A stretch of 64,000 bases of DNA from contig CM075989.1 of the NCBI GenBank assembly GCA_038087875.1, forward strand, positions 3,100,001 through 3,164,000, read 5' to 3'. The notes below the pieces were generated by a model. The model made no database searches and was not told the origin of the DNA. It saw nothing but the letters and a program-made list of their open reading frames with translations. Of this stretch, positions 25,535 through 37,789 are shown piece by piece. The number at the start of each line of letters is the position of its first letter. Position 1 is the first letter of the stretch. The translations under genes were made by a program, and so were the position numbers. This stretch comes from Malacoraja senta (Eukaryota).

Positions 25535-26160
25535 CCACGGTGGCCTAGCAGTAGAGTTGCTGCCTTAAGGGCCTGTCCCACTTTCCTGAGCTGCTCACGA
25601 ATTCTCCCGAGTTTTCTCCTTGATTCAAACTCGGAGAATGTTCGAGCCGTAGGTACTCAGGGCATCAGGTAAGTTGGGACGTTTTTTCCAGCTTGACAAA
25701 AGATGTCCACGAGTAAAAAGATAGTCGGGAGGAGAACAATTGCAACATTTAATGACCCGAGTACCTATGGCTGACATAACGAGCCGCTACGTTATATCTA
25801 CGGACTCCTACGGCCTCCTACGGACCCGTTACGAACATTCTCCGAGTTTGGGAAAGTGGGACAGGCCCTTTACAGCGCCGGAGACCCGGGTTCGATCCTG
25901 ACCACGGGTGCTGTCTGTACAGAGTTTGTACGTTCTCCCCGTGACCGCATGGGTTTTCTCTGAGATCTTCGATTTTCTTCCACGCTCCGAAGACATACAC
26001 GTTTGTAGGTTAATTGACTTGGTATAAACGTAAAATTGTCCCTAGTGTGTGTAGGGTAGCGTTAATGTATGGGGATCACTGGTCGGTATGGACTTGGTGG
26101 GCTGAAGGGCCTGTGTCCGTGCTGTATCTCTAAACTAAACTAAACAATAAACTAAACCAA
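25535..26160 (+). mobile_element. HE1-like V-SINE with a Harbinger-like MITE inserted at 25568-25869
   Basis: SINE head tgcc-tta|MITE|tta-cagcgcc; TIR agggcctgtcccacttt / aaagtgggacaggccct; TTA TSD. Confidence 0.88.
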
Positions 26161-26793
26161 ATCAATTCAACCATTGCAGTTATATTCTTCCTTTGAAGAC
26201 CGACACAGAATATACACTGCTTCTCCAAGGCCCAATATAATTAGACCAAGATATTCTTGACCTAATTATTCTTGGATATAAATTCCCTTGCAATAAAGAC
26301 CAACATATTGTCTTTAAAAAGACGTGCAGATGCTGGTTTACAAAAAAAGGACTCAAATTGCTGGAGTAACTCAGCAGGTCAGCCAGCATCTCTGGAGAAC
26401 ATGGATAGATGACGTTTCAGAATGGGACCCTTCTTTGGTCTCAACTCAAAATGTCACCTATCCACGTTCTCCAGAGATGCTGCCTGAGTTACTCCAGCAC
26501 TTTGTGTCCTTTTTTTGTAAACCAGCATCTGCTCCATGTTTGAAAGCATTTAGCAGTGTCGTTACAATAGCTGGAAATGGAGGAATAGTCACGGTCTTGT
26601 CAGCAACATCCATATCCCATGGACACACAATGAACTGCAGATGGTTGAATCTTGTACAAAACACCAAGTGCTGGAGGAACTCAAAGGGTCAGACAGCATC
26701 TGCGGAGGGAGGAGAGAAACAACGTTTTGGTTCAGGACCCTTCTAAGGGTCCCGACCCAAAATGGCACCTGCTTTTCTCTCCAAAGATGCTGA

Positions 26794-27040
26794 GTTTAGT
26801 TTAGAGATACAGCATGAAAACAGGCCCTTCAGCCCATTGAGCCCACACCGACCATTGATTAACCTAAAAAATTCACACGTCTTTGGAATGTGGGAGGAAA
26901 CCGGAGCACCCGGAGGAAACCCATGTGGTCAGAGGGAGAACGTGCAAACTCCACACGGACAGCACCCGAGGTCAGGATTGAACCCAGGACTCTGCCATTG
27001 TGAGGCGGCAGCACTACCAGCAGCGGCACTCTGCCGCCCC
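26794..27040 (-). mobile_element. HE1-like V-SINE
   Basis: Matches the consensus in reverse. Confidence 0.8.
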
Positions 27041-27280
27041 TGCCTACTGTGCCAGATACTGCCAGACCCATTGAGTTCCTCCAGCACTTTGTGTTTGGAG
27101 ACATATCCTTTGACTAAAGCAAAAATCTGGACACTATGATGAGACTTGGGTGTGTTGGGGGAGAAATTCTTAATGGTCAACTTCTAGAACCACAGTGTCG
27201 TAAGTCCTGCTTGTGTAGCCATTCACTGAAGCAGTGGATGAATGTATGCAGAAAGCTAGTGTTTTATTGTTCATAACAAA

Positions 27281-27640
27281 GACAGACACAAAAAGCTGGA
27301 GTAACTCAGCGGGACAGGAATGGGTGACGTTTCGGGTCAAGACCCTTCTTCAGACTGAGAGTCAGGGGAAAGGAAATCGAGAGATATAGATGGTGATATG
27401 GAGAGATATAGAACAAATGAAAGAAAGATATGCAAAAAAGTATCGATGATAAAGGAAACAGGCCATTGTTGGCTGTGAGCTAGGTGAAAATGAGTTACAG
27501 ACAATGAGACTCAACAAGACAACTTTGAGGCTGGTACGACTTGGGTGGGGGACGGATGGAGAGAGAGGGGATGCAAGGCCTACTTGAAGTAAGAGAAATC
27601 AATTTTCATACCACTGGATGTAAGCTGCCCAAGCGAAATA
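27281..27640 (-). mobile_element. Penelope pLTR/3' end with intact hammerhead motif
   Basis: gacgtttcgggtcaagacccttcttcag at 27326. Confidence 0.8.
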
Positions 27641-27987
27641 TACATAGATACATAGATACATAGAAAATAGGTGCAGGAGTAGGCCATTCGGCCCTTCGAG
27701 CCTGCACCGCCATTCAATATGATCATGGCTGATCATCCAACTCAGTATCCCGTACCTGCCTTCTCTCCATACCCCCTGATCCGTTTAGCCACAAGGGCCA
27801 CATCTAACTCCCTCTTAAATATAGCCAATGAACTGGCCTCAACTACCCTCTGTGGCAGAAAGTTCCAGAGATTCACCACTCTCTGTGTGAAAAAGTTTTT
27901 CCTCATTTCGGTCTTAAAGGATTTCCCCCTTATCCTTAAGCTGTGACCCCTTGTCCTGGACTTCCCCAACATCGGGAACAATCTTCC
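27641..27987 (-). mobile_element. CR1 3' end
   Basis: ORF 27742-28002; (catagata)n tail. Confidence 0.88.
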
Positions 27988-28182
27988 GTGGTGTTCCTCC
28001 AATTCTGTTCATGTTCGTTCCACTTCCACCAAACTACATCTATGATTTTTTTCTTCCCACCAACCACCCCCTACCACACCATACATCCTCTATCCTCTTC
28101 AGGCCTAGATCCAATTAATGACCAGAAATGTATTTTACCAGGATTGTACACACAGACATTGAACAAGGACCTCCAGGGAAGC

Positions 28183-28424
28183 GTGTAGGAAAGAACTGCA
28201 GATGCTGGTTTAAATCAAAGGTTGACACAAAATGCTGGAGTAACTCAGCGGGACAGGCAGCATCTTAGGAGAGAAGGAATGGGTGACGTTTCGGGTCAAG
28301 ACCCTTCTTCAGACTGTTCAGTCTCGACCTGAAAGAAGGGTCTCAACCCGAAACGCCACCCATTCCTTCTCTCCAGAGATGCTGCCTGTTCCGCTGACTT
28401 ACTCCGGCATTTTATGTCTACCTC
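28183..28424. mobile_element. Palindromic Penelope pLTR-derived short element with TSD
   Basis: Same central junction as 9444-9687; acctccaggga duplicated at 28169-28179 and 28420-28430. Confidence 0.8.
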
Positions 28425-29277
28425 CAGGGAGGTTTATGTCTCTGGGATGGGAGAGAGCAGAACTGGATGGGGAAATAAGAGTTGATGTAAAAATGTTCCT
28501 TTACATAAATTTTTTTTCTCTCAACCACCTCGTTCTTTCTCAGTTGGAGCTTTCTTTTTGATGAAATGAGATTGAGATAAAAAGTTGATAGAACGGAAAC
28601 GTCAATGAGCATATATGATCTGATGTTGTAGATATTTGGGGCCGTGGATGGCACTATATCCAGAGGATCAAGGTGGCCCAACTCATTCACACTGATGGTG
28701 AAAGTGTTTGATGAAATTGGATTTAGAAACATAGAAACATAGAAAATAGGTGCAGGAGGAGGCCATTCGGCCCTTCGAGCCAGCACCGGCATTCATTGTG
28801 ATCATGGTCGATCGTCCCCAATCAATAACCCGTGCCTGCCTTCTCCCCATATCCCTTGATATATATCTTTTCAAATATAGTTTAGTTTAGTTTATTTTGC
28901 AGATACAGCGCAGAAACAGGCCCTTCAGCCCATGAGGCCGTGCTGACCAACAATACCCCGCACATTAACACTACCTTACGCATAGTATGGACAATTTTTT
29001 ACATTTCTAACCAAGCCAATTAACCGTCGAATAATCTAGGTTATTGTCAAAGATCAGCATGATTTTACTTCGGAGTCACGTGAGTGACTACGTGAAGAAG
29101 ACCCGTCAGGGCGCATGCGCGTCATTACGTCTGACGCATTGGCGCACGGACAGCGGGAGGACAGAGCTCCTCCTGTGGTGAGTACTTTAAAAACTCCAGC
29201 AAAGTTGGGAAAACGTTGGTGGAGTTAGGAGTATTGTGTTTTGTTGGTGCTGTGTATTTTCTCGATTTACAGGCACT

Positions 29278-30210
29278 ATGGAAAAATCGACCAGGGGCAG
29301 GCGAGCTGCGGAGAAAGTGAGAGAGAGCTGTGGGAGTGCGGTCTCTGAGCGGCTGCCTGGCACCCCTGTAGAGTCGCCAACCGGTAGCGGAGCGACGGCA
29401 GACTTGGGACCTCAAGGCACACAGCCAACGCCAGTCGGGCGGAAGGCTAAGGCCAAGTCTGTCAGGCCCACGGACTCAGCTGAGTCGGGCCATGATGAGT
29501 CCCATGTGGGACAGGATACCGTTTCACAACGGTTATCCCAGATGGAGCAACTCATCCAGGGGTTGCTCCAGAAATGCACACTCCAGAAGGAGTTGTGTGG
29601 GCAGCAGGCCGTGGGGAAGGCTCCGCCGGCAACACCTTGTAGAGGGCTGCTTGACGGCACCCTCTTTGATGAGGTAAGTGCTGAGGGTCAGCTTAGCTCT
29701 GACCCTGACCCTGGAATACGAGCTAGGCGAAGAACGGCCGTTGCCAGAGCTACCACCTCTGGCAGCATGATTTGCTGTCGCATCAGAGTCGGGAGAGCCT
29801 CTGGGTGAGGAGCTGGCAACCAGCATAAACTATCTGGTCTCCCATCAGCTGCAGGAGCTGACTATTGACGAGACATTGAGAAAGCATGAAACTCCAGTAA
29901 ACTGTGGGCTGCTGAAGGTGCCAGTAGTCAACAGAATGATATGGGGCCAGATGGGGATAACCATGAGAGCCCAGGAAATGAAGCTGCAGTGCATTTTAAA
30001 ATTGCTAGGTTCTGGAATTACGAGTTTTGCCAGAATGGGGTATGGAGAGGAAATTTCCAACTTACAACAAGAGGTGCTGGGGCTACTCTGTAGTGCTCAT
30101 TTTTAAATCAATTGTCTCCGTAAAAGCGCCATTCGGCCAACAATCAACCCAAAATACGCATCACTCTGCCAGCCTGGGAGCGTACAACCGGCAAATCTAA
30201 TCTTCGGCGA
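29278..30210 (+). pseudogene. DIRS gag-like ORF1, frameshifted with a stop
   Basis: ATG at 29278 (MEKSTRGRR...); ORF 29876-30106 TPVNCGLLKVPVVNRMIW resembles DIRS gag; position between left ITR and YR. Confidence 0.65.
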
Positions 30211-30399
30211 GGATTTCCGGTAGGCAGCGCGACCCACGTCGCAGCGGCCTCTGCAGTCTGGGGCGAGGACTTTCTGGGCGAACGGTGGACATGCTCACTG
30301 CAGCCTGGAGAAAGAGTACTCAAAAGCAGTATATTACTTATGTAAAAAAATGGGAACAATATTGTGTTAAAAATAATATTGAATATACTACTGTAGTTA

Positions 30400-31212
30400 T
30401 TGAGTGTTTTAGAGTTCCTATCCACACTCTATTATGATGAGGGTCTCGGTTATAGTGCTATCAATACAGCTAGAAGTGCTTTGTCCTCATATCTTTTAAT
30501 GGGGTCACGGACAGAACATATTGGTTCTCATCCTCTCATATCTCGATTGATGAAAGGAATCTTTAATTCCAAACCTCCTAAACCTAGGTATATGGTTATC
30601 TGGGATGTAAGTGTTGCTCTTAACATGCTTCGTCATTGGGTTCCTGTCACGTCTCTGACTTTGTCAAAATTAACCATGAAGTTGGTTATGCTAATGGCAT
30701 TGGGTTCAGCACAGAGAGTGCAGACTTTGCAAAAACTTCAGTTAGACAGAATGGAAGTGACTGCAAAAAATGTTATGTTCTATATTTACGACCTGCTCAA
30801 ACAAAGTAGGCCAGGTGTGACAGGTTTTAAGATTGTGTTCTCAGTATATCCTACAGATCCATGTTTATGTGTAAGGACACATTTGTTACATTACATTGAA
30901 GCTACAAGGGCTTTAAGACATGAAGAAACAGGACTATTTATCAGTTACAAGAAACCACACAAGAGAGTGTCAGTACAGACTATCTCAAGGTGGTTAAAGC
31001 AAGTGTTGGTTCAGGCAGGAATTAACACTGATGTGTTTACATCTCATTCCACTAGGGCAGAAGCAACATCGGCAGCCAGGGCGATGGATGTTCCCATCGA
31101 CCATATTCTAAAGGCCGCAGGGTGGCAAAATGAACTGATGTTTGAACAATATTACCATCGGCCGATTGCCGATGGAGGGCTGTTTGCCAATTCAATCTTA
31201 AGTTCTGTTTAA
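30400..31212 (+). CDS. DIRS tyrosine recombinase (phage integrase family); the N-terminus at ~30260-30400 is frameshifted
   Basis: GLGYSAINTARSALS, HPLI.RLMKGIFN, WDV, SAQRVQTL (R), HSTR (HxxR), AAGW (W), FEQYY (Y). Confidence 0.88.
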   Translation: MSVLEFLSTLYYDEGLGYSAINTARSALSSYLLMGSRTEHIGSHPLISRLMKGIFNSKPPKPRYMVIWDVSVALNMLRHWVPVTSLTLSKLTMKLVMLMALGSAQRVQTLQKLQLDRMEVTAKNVMFYIYDLLKQSRPGVTGFKIVFSVYPTDPCLCVRTHLLHYIEATRALRHEETGLFISYKKPHKRVSVQTISRWLKQVLVQAGINTDVFTSHSTRAEATSAARAMDVPIDHILKAAGWQNELMFEQYYHRPIADGGLFANSILSSV

Positions 31213-31937
31213 TTCTGTTTAATTTTGCCCCTAGGATAGAGGGCTTATTGTTTGTTTGATGATTCAAATAAAACTGTTACTGCATGATATTCAGTGTCAT
31301 GTTTACAGCATTATTGATTATTACTCATCTGGAGTCAATCAATGCAGTGAGAAGCCGGGATTGTAATCTGCAGCATAAAATCACAGAGCTTTGAACTCTT
31401 CACGTAGTCACTCACGTGACTCCGAAGTAAAATAGTAAGATTAAACGAGAACTTACCAGTTTGAAGTTTGATCTTTATTTTATGAGGAGTTACGTTGGTG
31501 ATTACGTGCCCGCCACGCCCAACCCACTCTCATAAAAAAAGGTCATATTGTAGTTCTCATGTTGCTTATCTTATTATGTTACTTCAAATACTGTGTTGTC
31601 TGTGATTTCATACCGCTGCTTTGAAGATTGACGCGCATGCGCCCTGACGGGTCTTCTTCACGTAATCACCAACGTAACTCCTCATAAAATAAAGATCAAA
31701 CTTCAAACTGGTAAGTTCTCGTTTAATCTTACTATTATAATTTAGAAGAGGCATTGTCTCACACAGCAGCTTCACAGACTAACCTGTGAGGGGATAGTTA
31801 TTTCCTTTGTATGCAGGGCAGAATAAGGGTAGAAAATACAACAATATAGCACAGTAACAGGCCCTTCGGCCCACAATGTGTGTGCTGAACATGATGCTGA
31901 GAGAATTGAAGTGGAATCTAAATTCTTCACGTTATTA

Positions 31938-32259
31938 GGGGCGGCACGGTGGCGCAGCGGTAGAGTTTCTGCCTTACAGCGCTTGCAGCACCAGAGACCC
32001 GGGTTCGATCCCGACTACGGGTGCTGTCTGTACGGAGTTTGTACGTTCTCCCCGTGACCGCGCGGGTTTTATCCGAGATCTTCGGTTTCCTCCCACACTC
32101 CAAAGACGTGCAGGTTTGTAGGTTAATTGGCTTGGTGTAAATGTAAAATTGTCCCTACCGTGTGCGTGGGATAGTGTTAGTGTGCGGGGATCACTGGTTG
32201 GCGCGGACTCGGTGGGCCGAAGGGCCCGTTTCTGCGCTGTATCTCACAACTAAACTAAA
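31938..32259 (+). mobile_element. Full-length HE1-like tRNA-derived V-SINE (reference copy)
   Basis: A box tggcgcagcgg 31950-60; B box ggttcgatccc 32002-12; V-domain gagtttgtacgttctccccgtg...tttcctcccacactccaaagac; CR1-like tail gggccgaagggcc...ctgtatct(aaact)n. Confidence 0.92.
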
Positions 32260-33044
32260 TAATAAAAACATCAGGAGGAATAGTCTGAGGAATTGTGACG
32301 CAGAATATATCAAATAAAGTCGGGTATCAAAAAGAGTTGGTTTAACTTTAGGTATGAATGCAAATTTTGCTTTCAGCATTTGCACCCAAATTTAAATGTT
32401 GTCAGTCAGGAAAAGTTTTATGGCAATCCGTACAAAGGCATCAAAAAGCATCATTTATGTTTCCTACAGTTTTTCAATCAAGATGTGTAGGAAGGAACTA
32501 CAGATGCTGGTTTACACTGAAGATAGGAGCAAAATGTTGGAGAAATTCAGCGGGTCAGGCAGCATCTCTGGAGAGACATTTTGAGTCGAGATCCTTCTTC
32601 AGACTGAGAGTCAGGGGAAAGGGAAACTAGAGATATGAAGAGGTTCTTTCAATTATTTCACATTTCATTCAAGATGTCAGATATTGGTGATTATGGGAAA
32701 TTCTTGAGTGTAAAGGGTAGACCACTGTGTTAGTGCGGTCCTTTATTCAATTGAAGAGGCATTGCAAAGAACTTTTGCTTTGAACTGAAGTTGTACCTTG
32801 CACAAAGGAACACTTGATAACTGATATTTTAAGCAGAGCATAAATTATTTCTGTCATGTATTCCAGACATTTGTGTCTCTGATATTAATTTTTTTCAGCA
32901 GTGGAAAACAATGAAAATTAATATCACTTCAGCATTTCAAGTAGGTACATAAAAGAGAAAAAAGCTCAGCATTTTCATCAATGCACTGTTTCTCCACTCC
33001 ACTCTTGCCTTTTGGTATAATCACAAATGCTTTTCAATTTCATT

Positions 33045-34045
33045 TCCACACAGAGTGTGGTGGGTATATGGAACGAGCTGCCAGAGGAAGTAGATACAAG
33101 TGCTGGAGAAACTCAGCGGGTGCAGCAGCATCTATGGAGCGAAGAAAATAGGCAACATTTTGGGCCGAAACCCTTCTTCAGACTGATGTAGGGTGGGGGT
33201 AGGGGGGGGGTGGGGAGAAGAAAGGAGAAAGGAAGAGGAGGAGCCCTAAGGGCTGAGGGAGAGCTGAGAAGGGGAGGAGACAGCAAGGGCTACCGGAAAT
33301 TGGAGAAGTCAATGTTTATGCCGCTGGGGTACTTGAGACAGGTACTATAACAACATAGAAACATAGAAAATAGATGCAGGTGGAGGCCATTCGGCCCTTC
33401 AAGCCAGTACCGTCATTCATTGTGATCATGGCTGATCGTCCCCAATCAATAACCCGTGCCTGCCTTCTCCCCATATCCCTTGATTCCACTGACCCCTAGA
33501 GCTCTATCTAACTCTCTCTTAAATCAATCCAGTGACTTGGCCTCCACTGCCCTCTGTGGCAGGGAATTCCACAAATTCACTACTCTCTGGGTGAAAATGT
33601 TTTTTCTCACCCTAGTCTTAAATGGCTTCCCTTTTATTCTAAGACTGTGGCCCCTGGTTCTGGACTCGCCCAACATTTAAAAGACATTTGGACAGAAAAT
33701 GCTGGAGTAACTCAGAGGGACAGGCAGCATCTCTGGAGAGAAGGAATGGGTGACGTTTCGGGTCGAGACCCTTCTACAGAATTGGCCCAAAACGTCGCCC
33801 ATTCCTTCTCTCCAGAGATGCTGCCTGTCCCGTTGAGTTACTCCAACATTTTGTGCCTCTCTTTGGTTTACGCCAGCATCTGCAGTTCCTTCTGACACAT
33901 TTAAACAGGTACGTGGATAGGAAAGGTTTGGAAGGAGATGGGCCAAACATCGGCATGTGGGACTAGTGAAGATGGGCCATCTTGGTTGGCATTGGCAAGC
34001 TGGGCCGGGGGGCCTGTTTCCACACTGTATGACTCTATGACTCTA
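33045..34045. mobile_element. Nested cluster: plus-strand CR1 3' end interrupted by Penelope (33093-33330), minus-strand CR1 (33353-33675) and a palindromic pLTR element (~33690-33895)
   Basis: CR1 text gagtgtggtgggtatatggaacgagctgcc resumes at 33331, 33676 and ~33900. Confidence 0.75.
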
Positions 34046-34827
34046 TTTGCACTACTGAAATAGAATGGACATCAATGGAAATACAGAAGATAGACATAAA
34101 AGAACACATCTGAAGAAGGGTCTCGACCCGAAATGTCACCTATTACTTCTCTCCAGAGATGCTGCCAGTCCCGCTGAGTTACTCCAGCTTTTTGTGTCTA
34201 TCCAAGATCAGAAAAGCAGGCCACGTTTTCCAGAGTCTCGTTAAATGTCAATGTCAGAGGACAACGTGGTACAGTGGGGGCAGGTTGATAGAGGACTTGT
34301 GCCTCGTGAAGGTTAATTACAGGGACCATTTTCTCCCTTGCGTCAGTGGACAAATTGGCAACCGTTTGGATCAAGGATGAGCCGAAAGCAGCTCTAAATG
34401 GATGGAATTTCTCAAACTGTTAGTTCAAATTAATGAAAAGGTTAGAGAAAACGAACAAAATCTCCAGACATTTATACTTGGAATTCTGTCAAAATCAATT
34501 TCACAGTAAGTAGCAGTAAGCAACAGCCATAAAGCTGAGGTAAACAGAAAGAATAAAGTACCTGTTGATGTTTAAATATTACGTTGAGTTATTGCTTTCA
34601 AGCCCTTGGCTGGACAAAAAAATAATATTTTATGCCTATTAGTGGAATCCACAGCTATTACTTACAGCCAGAGGACAATGTAGAGCTAGACCTGAATAAT
34701 GATTATATGGGCAAATAATTGGTCCCATTATCCCTGACGCTGGTTAGCAAGGACACAGCATTGTTCATAGTATTTAGCGGTCCAATTCAGTCATTGTCCG
34801 GAACTTTGCTTCACTAAAGCTACGTGA

Positions 34828-35920
34828 GAGTCCTAGAGTCACACAGGCCCGTCAGCCCAACTTGCCCATGCCAACCAAGATGCCCCATCTACACTCCTCC
34901 CACCTGCCCACATTTGGCCCATTTCCTTCTACACCTTTCCTACTCATGCACCTGTCCAAAGGCCTTTTAAATGCTGCTGTTACCTGCTGTTAAATGCTGC
35001 TTGCCTCAACTACCTCCTCTGGAAGCTCGTTCCATACACCCAGGTGTGATAAGATTGCCCCTCAGTTTCCTATTAAAACTTTCCCCTCTCACCTTAAACC
35101 CATGTCCTCTGATTCTTGATTCTCCTACTCTGGGTAAAAGGCTATATCTATTCCTCTCATGATTTTATACGCCTGTGCATGATCACCCCTCATCCTCCTG
35201 CATGCCAATGAATAATGTATTAGCGTGCCCAACCACTCCCTGTGCTGCCTTCCCCCACAGTGGGAACCATTGTGGGGGGATGTTTTTATGTTTATTGTTA
35301 AATTCTTTAATGTTATCTTTATTTGTGTGCTGCATGGCAAGTCAAATTTCACTACACCAATTGGTGTACGTGACAATAAATGTCCTTTGTCCTTTGTTTG
35401 AAGCTCAGGCCCTCACGTTCTGGCAAATCCTTGTGGATTTCTACAGTCTTTCCAGCTTAACAACGTCCTCCCTGGAAGAGGGTGACCAAAACTGAACACA
35501 ATATTCCAAACGTGGCCTCACCAATGACTTGTGCAACTGTAACAGAACATCCCAAGTTTCTACACAACATCCTGGCTGATGATGACCATTGCACCGAAAG
35601 GCTTCTTGCCCACCCTATCTACTTATGGTGGCACGTTCAAGGAACTATGAACCTGCACTCCTAGATCCCTCTGCTGCACAACACTCCCCAGGTCCTGCCC
35701 TGGTTTGACTTCCCAAAATGCAACACCTCACACGTATCTGCATTAAAATCCATTCACCAAATCCTCAGCCCACTTGCTCAACTGATCAAGATCCTGTTGT
35801 CATTTTTGATCACCATCTCCTCTATCTAGGATATCACCGACCTCAGTGTCATCTGCAAACTTACTAATCATGCCTTGTACATTCTTATCCAAATCGTTCA
35901 TGTAAACCACAAACTGCAAC
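34828..35920 (-). mobile_element. Degenerate CR1 LINE with a small insert at 35243-35400
   Basis: Homology to 20848-21870 (tcatctgcaaacttactaatc; cccaaaatgcaacacctcacac). Confidence 0.8.
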
Positions 35921-35921
35921 G

Positions 35922-37027
35922 GAGGATGCGATCTCATTGGCTCTCCACTCCGCACTGGACCACTTGAACAATAAAAACACTTACGTCAGACTGTTGTTTA
36001 TAGACTACAGCTCGGCGTTTAATACCATCATCCCCTCCCAGCTGGTTACACGGTTTGAATAAATATTTTTTGATTTTTAAATAAATACATACATTTTAAA
36101 AAGCTGGTTACCAAGCTCACGGAACTAGGTCTCTGCACATCCCTCTGCAATTGGACCCTCGACTTCCTCATCCACAGATCACCGTCTGTTCGAATTGGCA
36201 GAAATACTTCTTCCTCATTAACAATCAGTACGGGAGCACCTCAAGGCTGCCTGCTCAGCCCCCTGCTCTACTCATTCTATACTTATGACTGTGTAGCCAG
36301 ACATAGTGTGAACTCCATCTTCAAGTTGGCCGACGACACCACCGTTGTTGGACGAATTACAGATGGTGATGAATCAGAGTATAGAAGTGAGATCGACTGA
36401 CTGACCAAATGGTGCCAGCACAACAACCTGCCTCTCAATATCAGTAAAACCAAACCACAGATTGTGGACTATGAAAGAGGAAAGTTGAGGACCCGCAATC
36501 CTGTTTACATCAATGGGACGATGGTGGAGAGAGACAAAAACTTCAAATTCCTGGGCGTGCTTACTTTCAAAGAACTTTCCTAGACCCAGCACACTGATGC
36601 AATTATAAATAAAGCAAATCAACGCCTCTACTTCCTGAGAAGATTGCGAAGGTTCGGTATGTCAGAGAGGATTCTCTTGAACGTCTACAGGTGTACAGCA
36701 TACTGACTGGTTGCATCGTGGCCTGGTACGGCCATGAACGCCCAGGAGCGGAAAAGACTGCAAAGCGTAGCGACCACTGCCCAGCCCATCACCAGCTCTG
36801 ACCTCCCCACCGTGGAAGGGATTTACCGGAGTCGCTGCCTCAAAAAGGCAGCCAGCATCATCAGAGACCCACACTACCCTGGCCACACACTCATTTCACC
36901 CCTGACATCGGGAAGAAGGTACAGGAGCCTGAAAACTGTAACGTCCAGGTTCAGGAACAGCTTCTTTCCTGCAGCCATCAGGCTATTAAACATGATAACC
37001 TCAAATAAGCTCTGAACTACAATAGAC

Positions 37028-37061
<34 letters not shown>

Positions 37062-37130
37062 GCATTACTATTGGGTTTGTGTTGCTGCAAGTAAGAATTT
37101 CATTGTTCTATCTGAGACATATGACAATAA
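35922..37130 (+). mobile_element. Rex1/Babar LINE RT to 3' end
   Basis: Translates as [15 protein letters not shown]...[16 protein letters not shown]...GAPQGC.LSPLLY...[11 protein letters not shown] 36734-37015; (tat)n and tgacaataaa tail. Confidence 0.9.
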
Positions 37131-37789
37131 AACACTCTTTATCCCTGAGGCACACCACTAGTCACAGACCTCCAGTCCAAAAAAGCAACCTTCCACCATC
37201 ATCCTTTGCTTCCTTCCATGAAGCTAATGTATCCAGTCAGCAACACAAAATGCTGGAGTGACTCAGTGGATCCGACAGCATCTCTGGAGAAAATGAATAG
37301 GTGCCATTTTGGGTGAAGAACCTTCTTCAGACTGCGAGTCATAGGAGAGGGAAACTAGACACATGAAAAGGTATCTCTGCATCCCCTGCGTTTCTAACCT
37401 TCCTGAGCAGCCGACCATGTGGAACCTTATCAAATGCCTTGGTGAAGTCTATACAGACTGTGATTATGGCTTTGACTCCGTCAACTTTTTTGGTTACTTC
37501 TTCAAGTGGAGAAATACTGGGGAGAACTTCAACTGAATGGTGCCCAAGATTTCAGTGTAAAATCAGTACAAGACCTCTGAATCTTACAGCGCAATTGATC
37601 TGATTCCGTCTGTGCCTGAAGTAGTCCAGATGTCACATTCATCCACATAAATGTATTCAGAACACAAAGCGCTGGAGGATCTCACTAGGTCAGGCTGCAC
37701 CTGTGGAGGGAATTGTCAAGCAACATTTTGTGTAGGGATTTTGTGGTAGTAGGTAGATATTCTGGCTGGAGGTCTGTGACCGGTGGAAT

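Larger units (their letters stand above)
29063..31736 (+). mobile_element. DIRS1-type tyrosine-recombinase retrotransposon, internally deleted (gag remnant and YR, no RT/RNase H)
   Basis: Left ITR 29063-29124; right ITR 31629-31736; ICR 31397-31508 complementary to both termini; YR ORF. Confidence 0.92.

Noticed and set aside
30400..31212. Phage integrase suggesting a prophage or bacterial contamination
   Set aside because: It lies inside DIRS ITR/ICR termini, downstream of a gag remnant, amid vertebrate SINEs and LINEs
31938..32015. tRNA gene (A and B boxes)
   Set aside because: It continues into the V-domain and LINE-like tail and recurs many times with decay, so it is a SINE head
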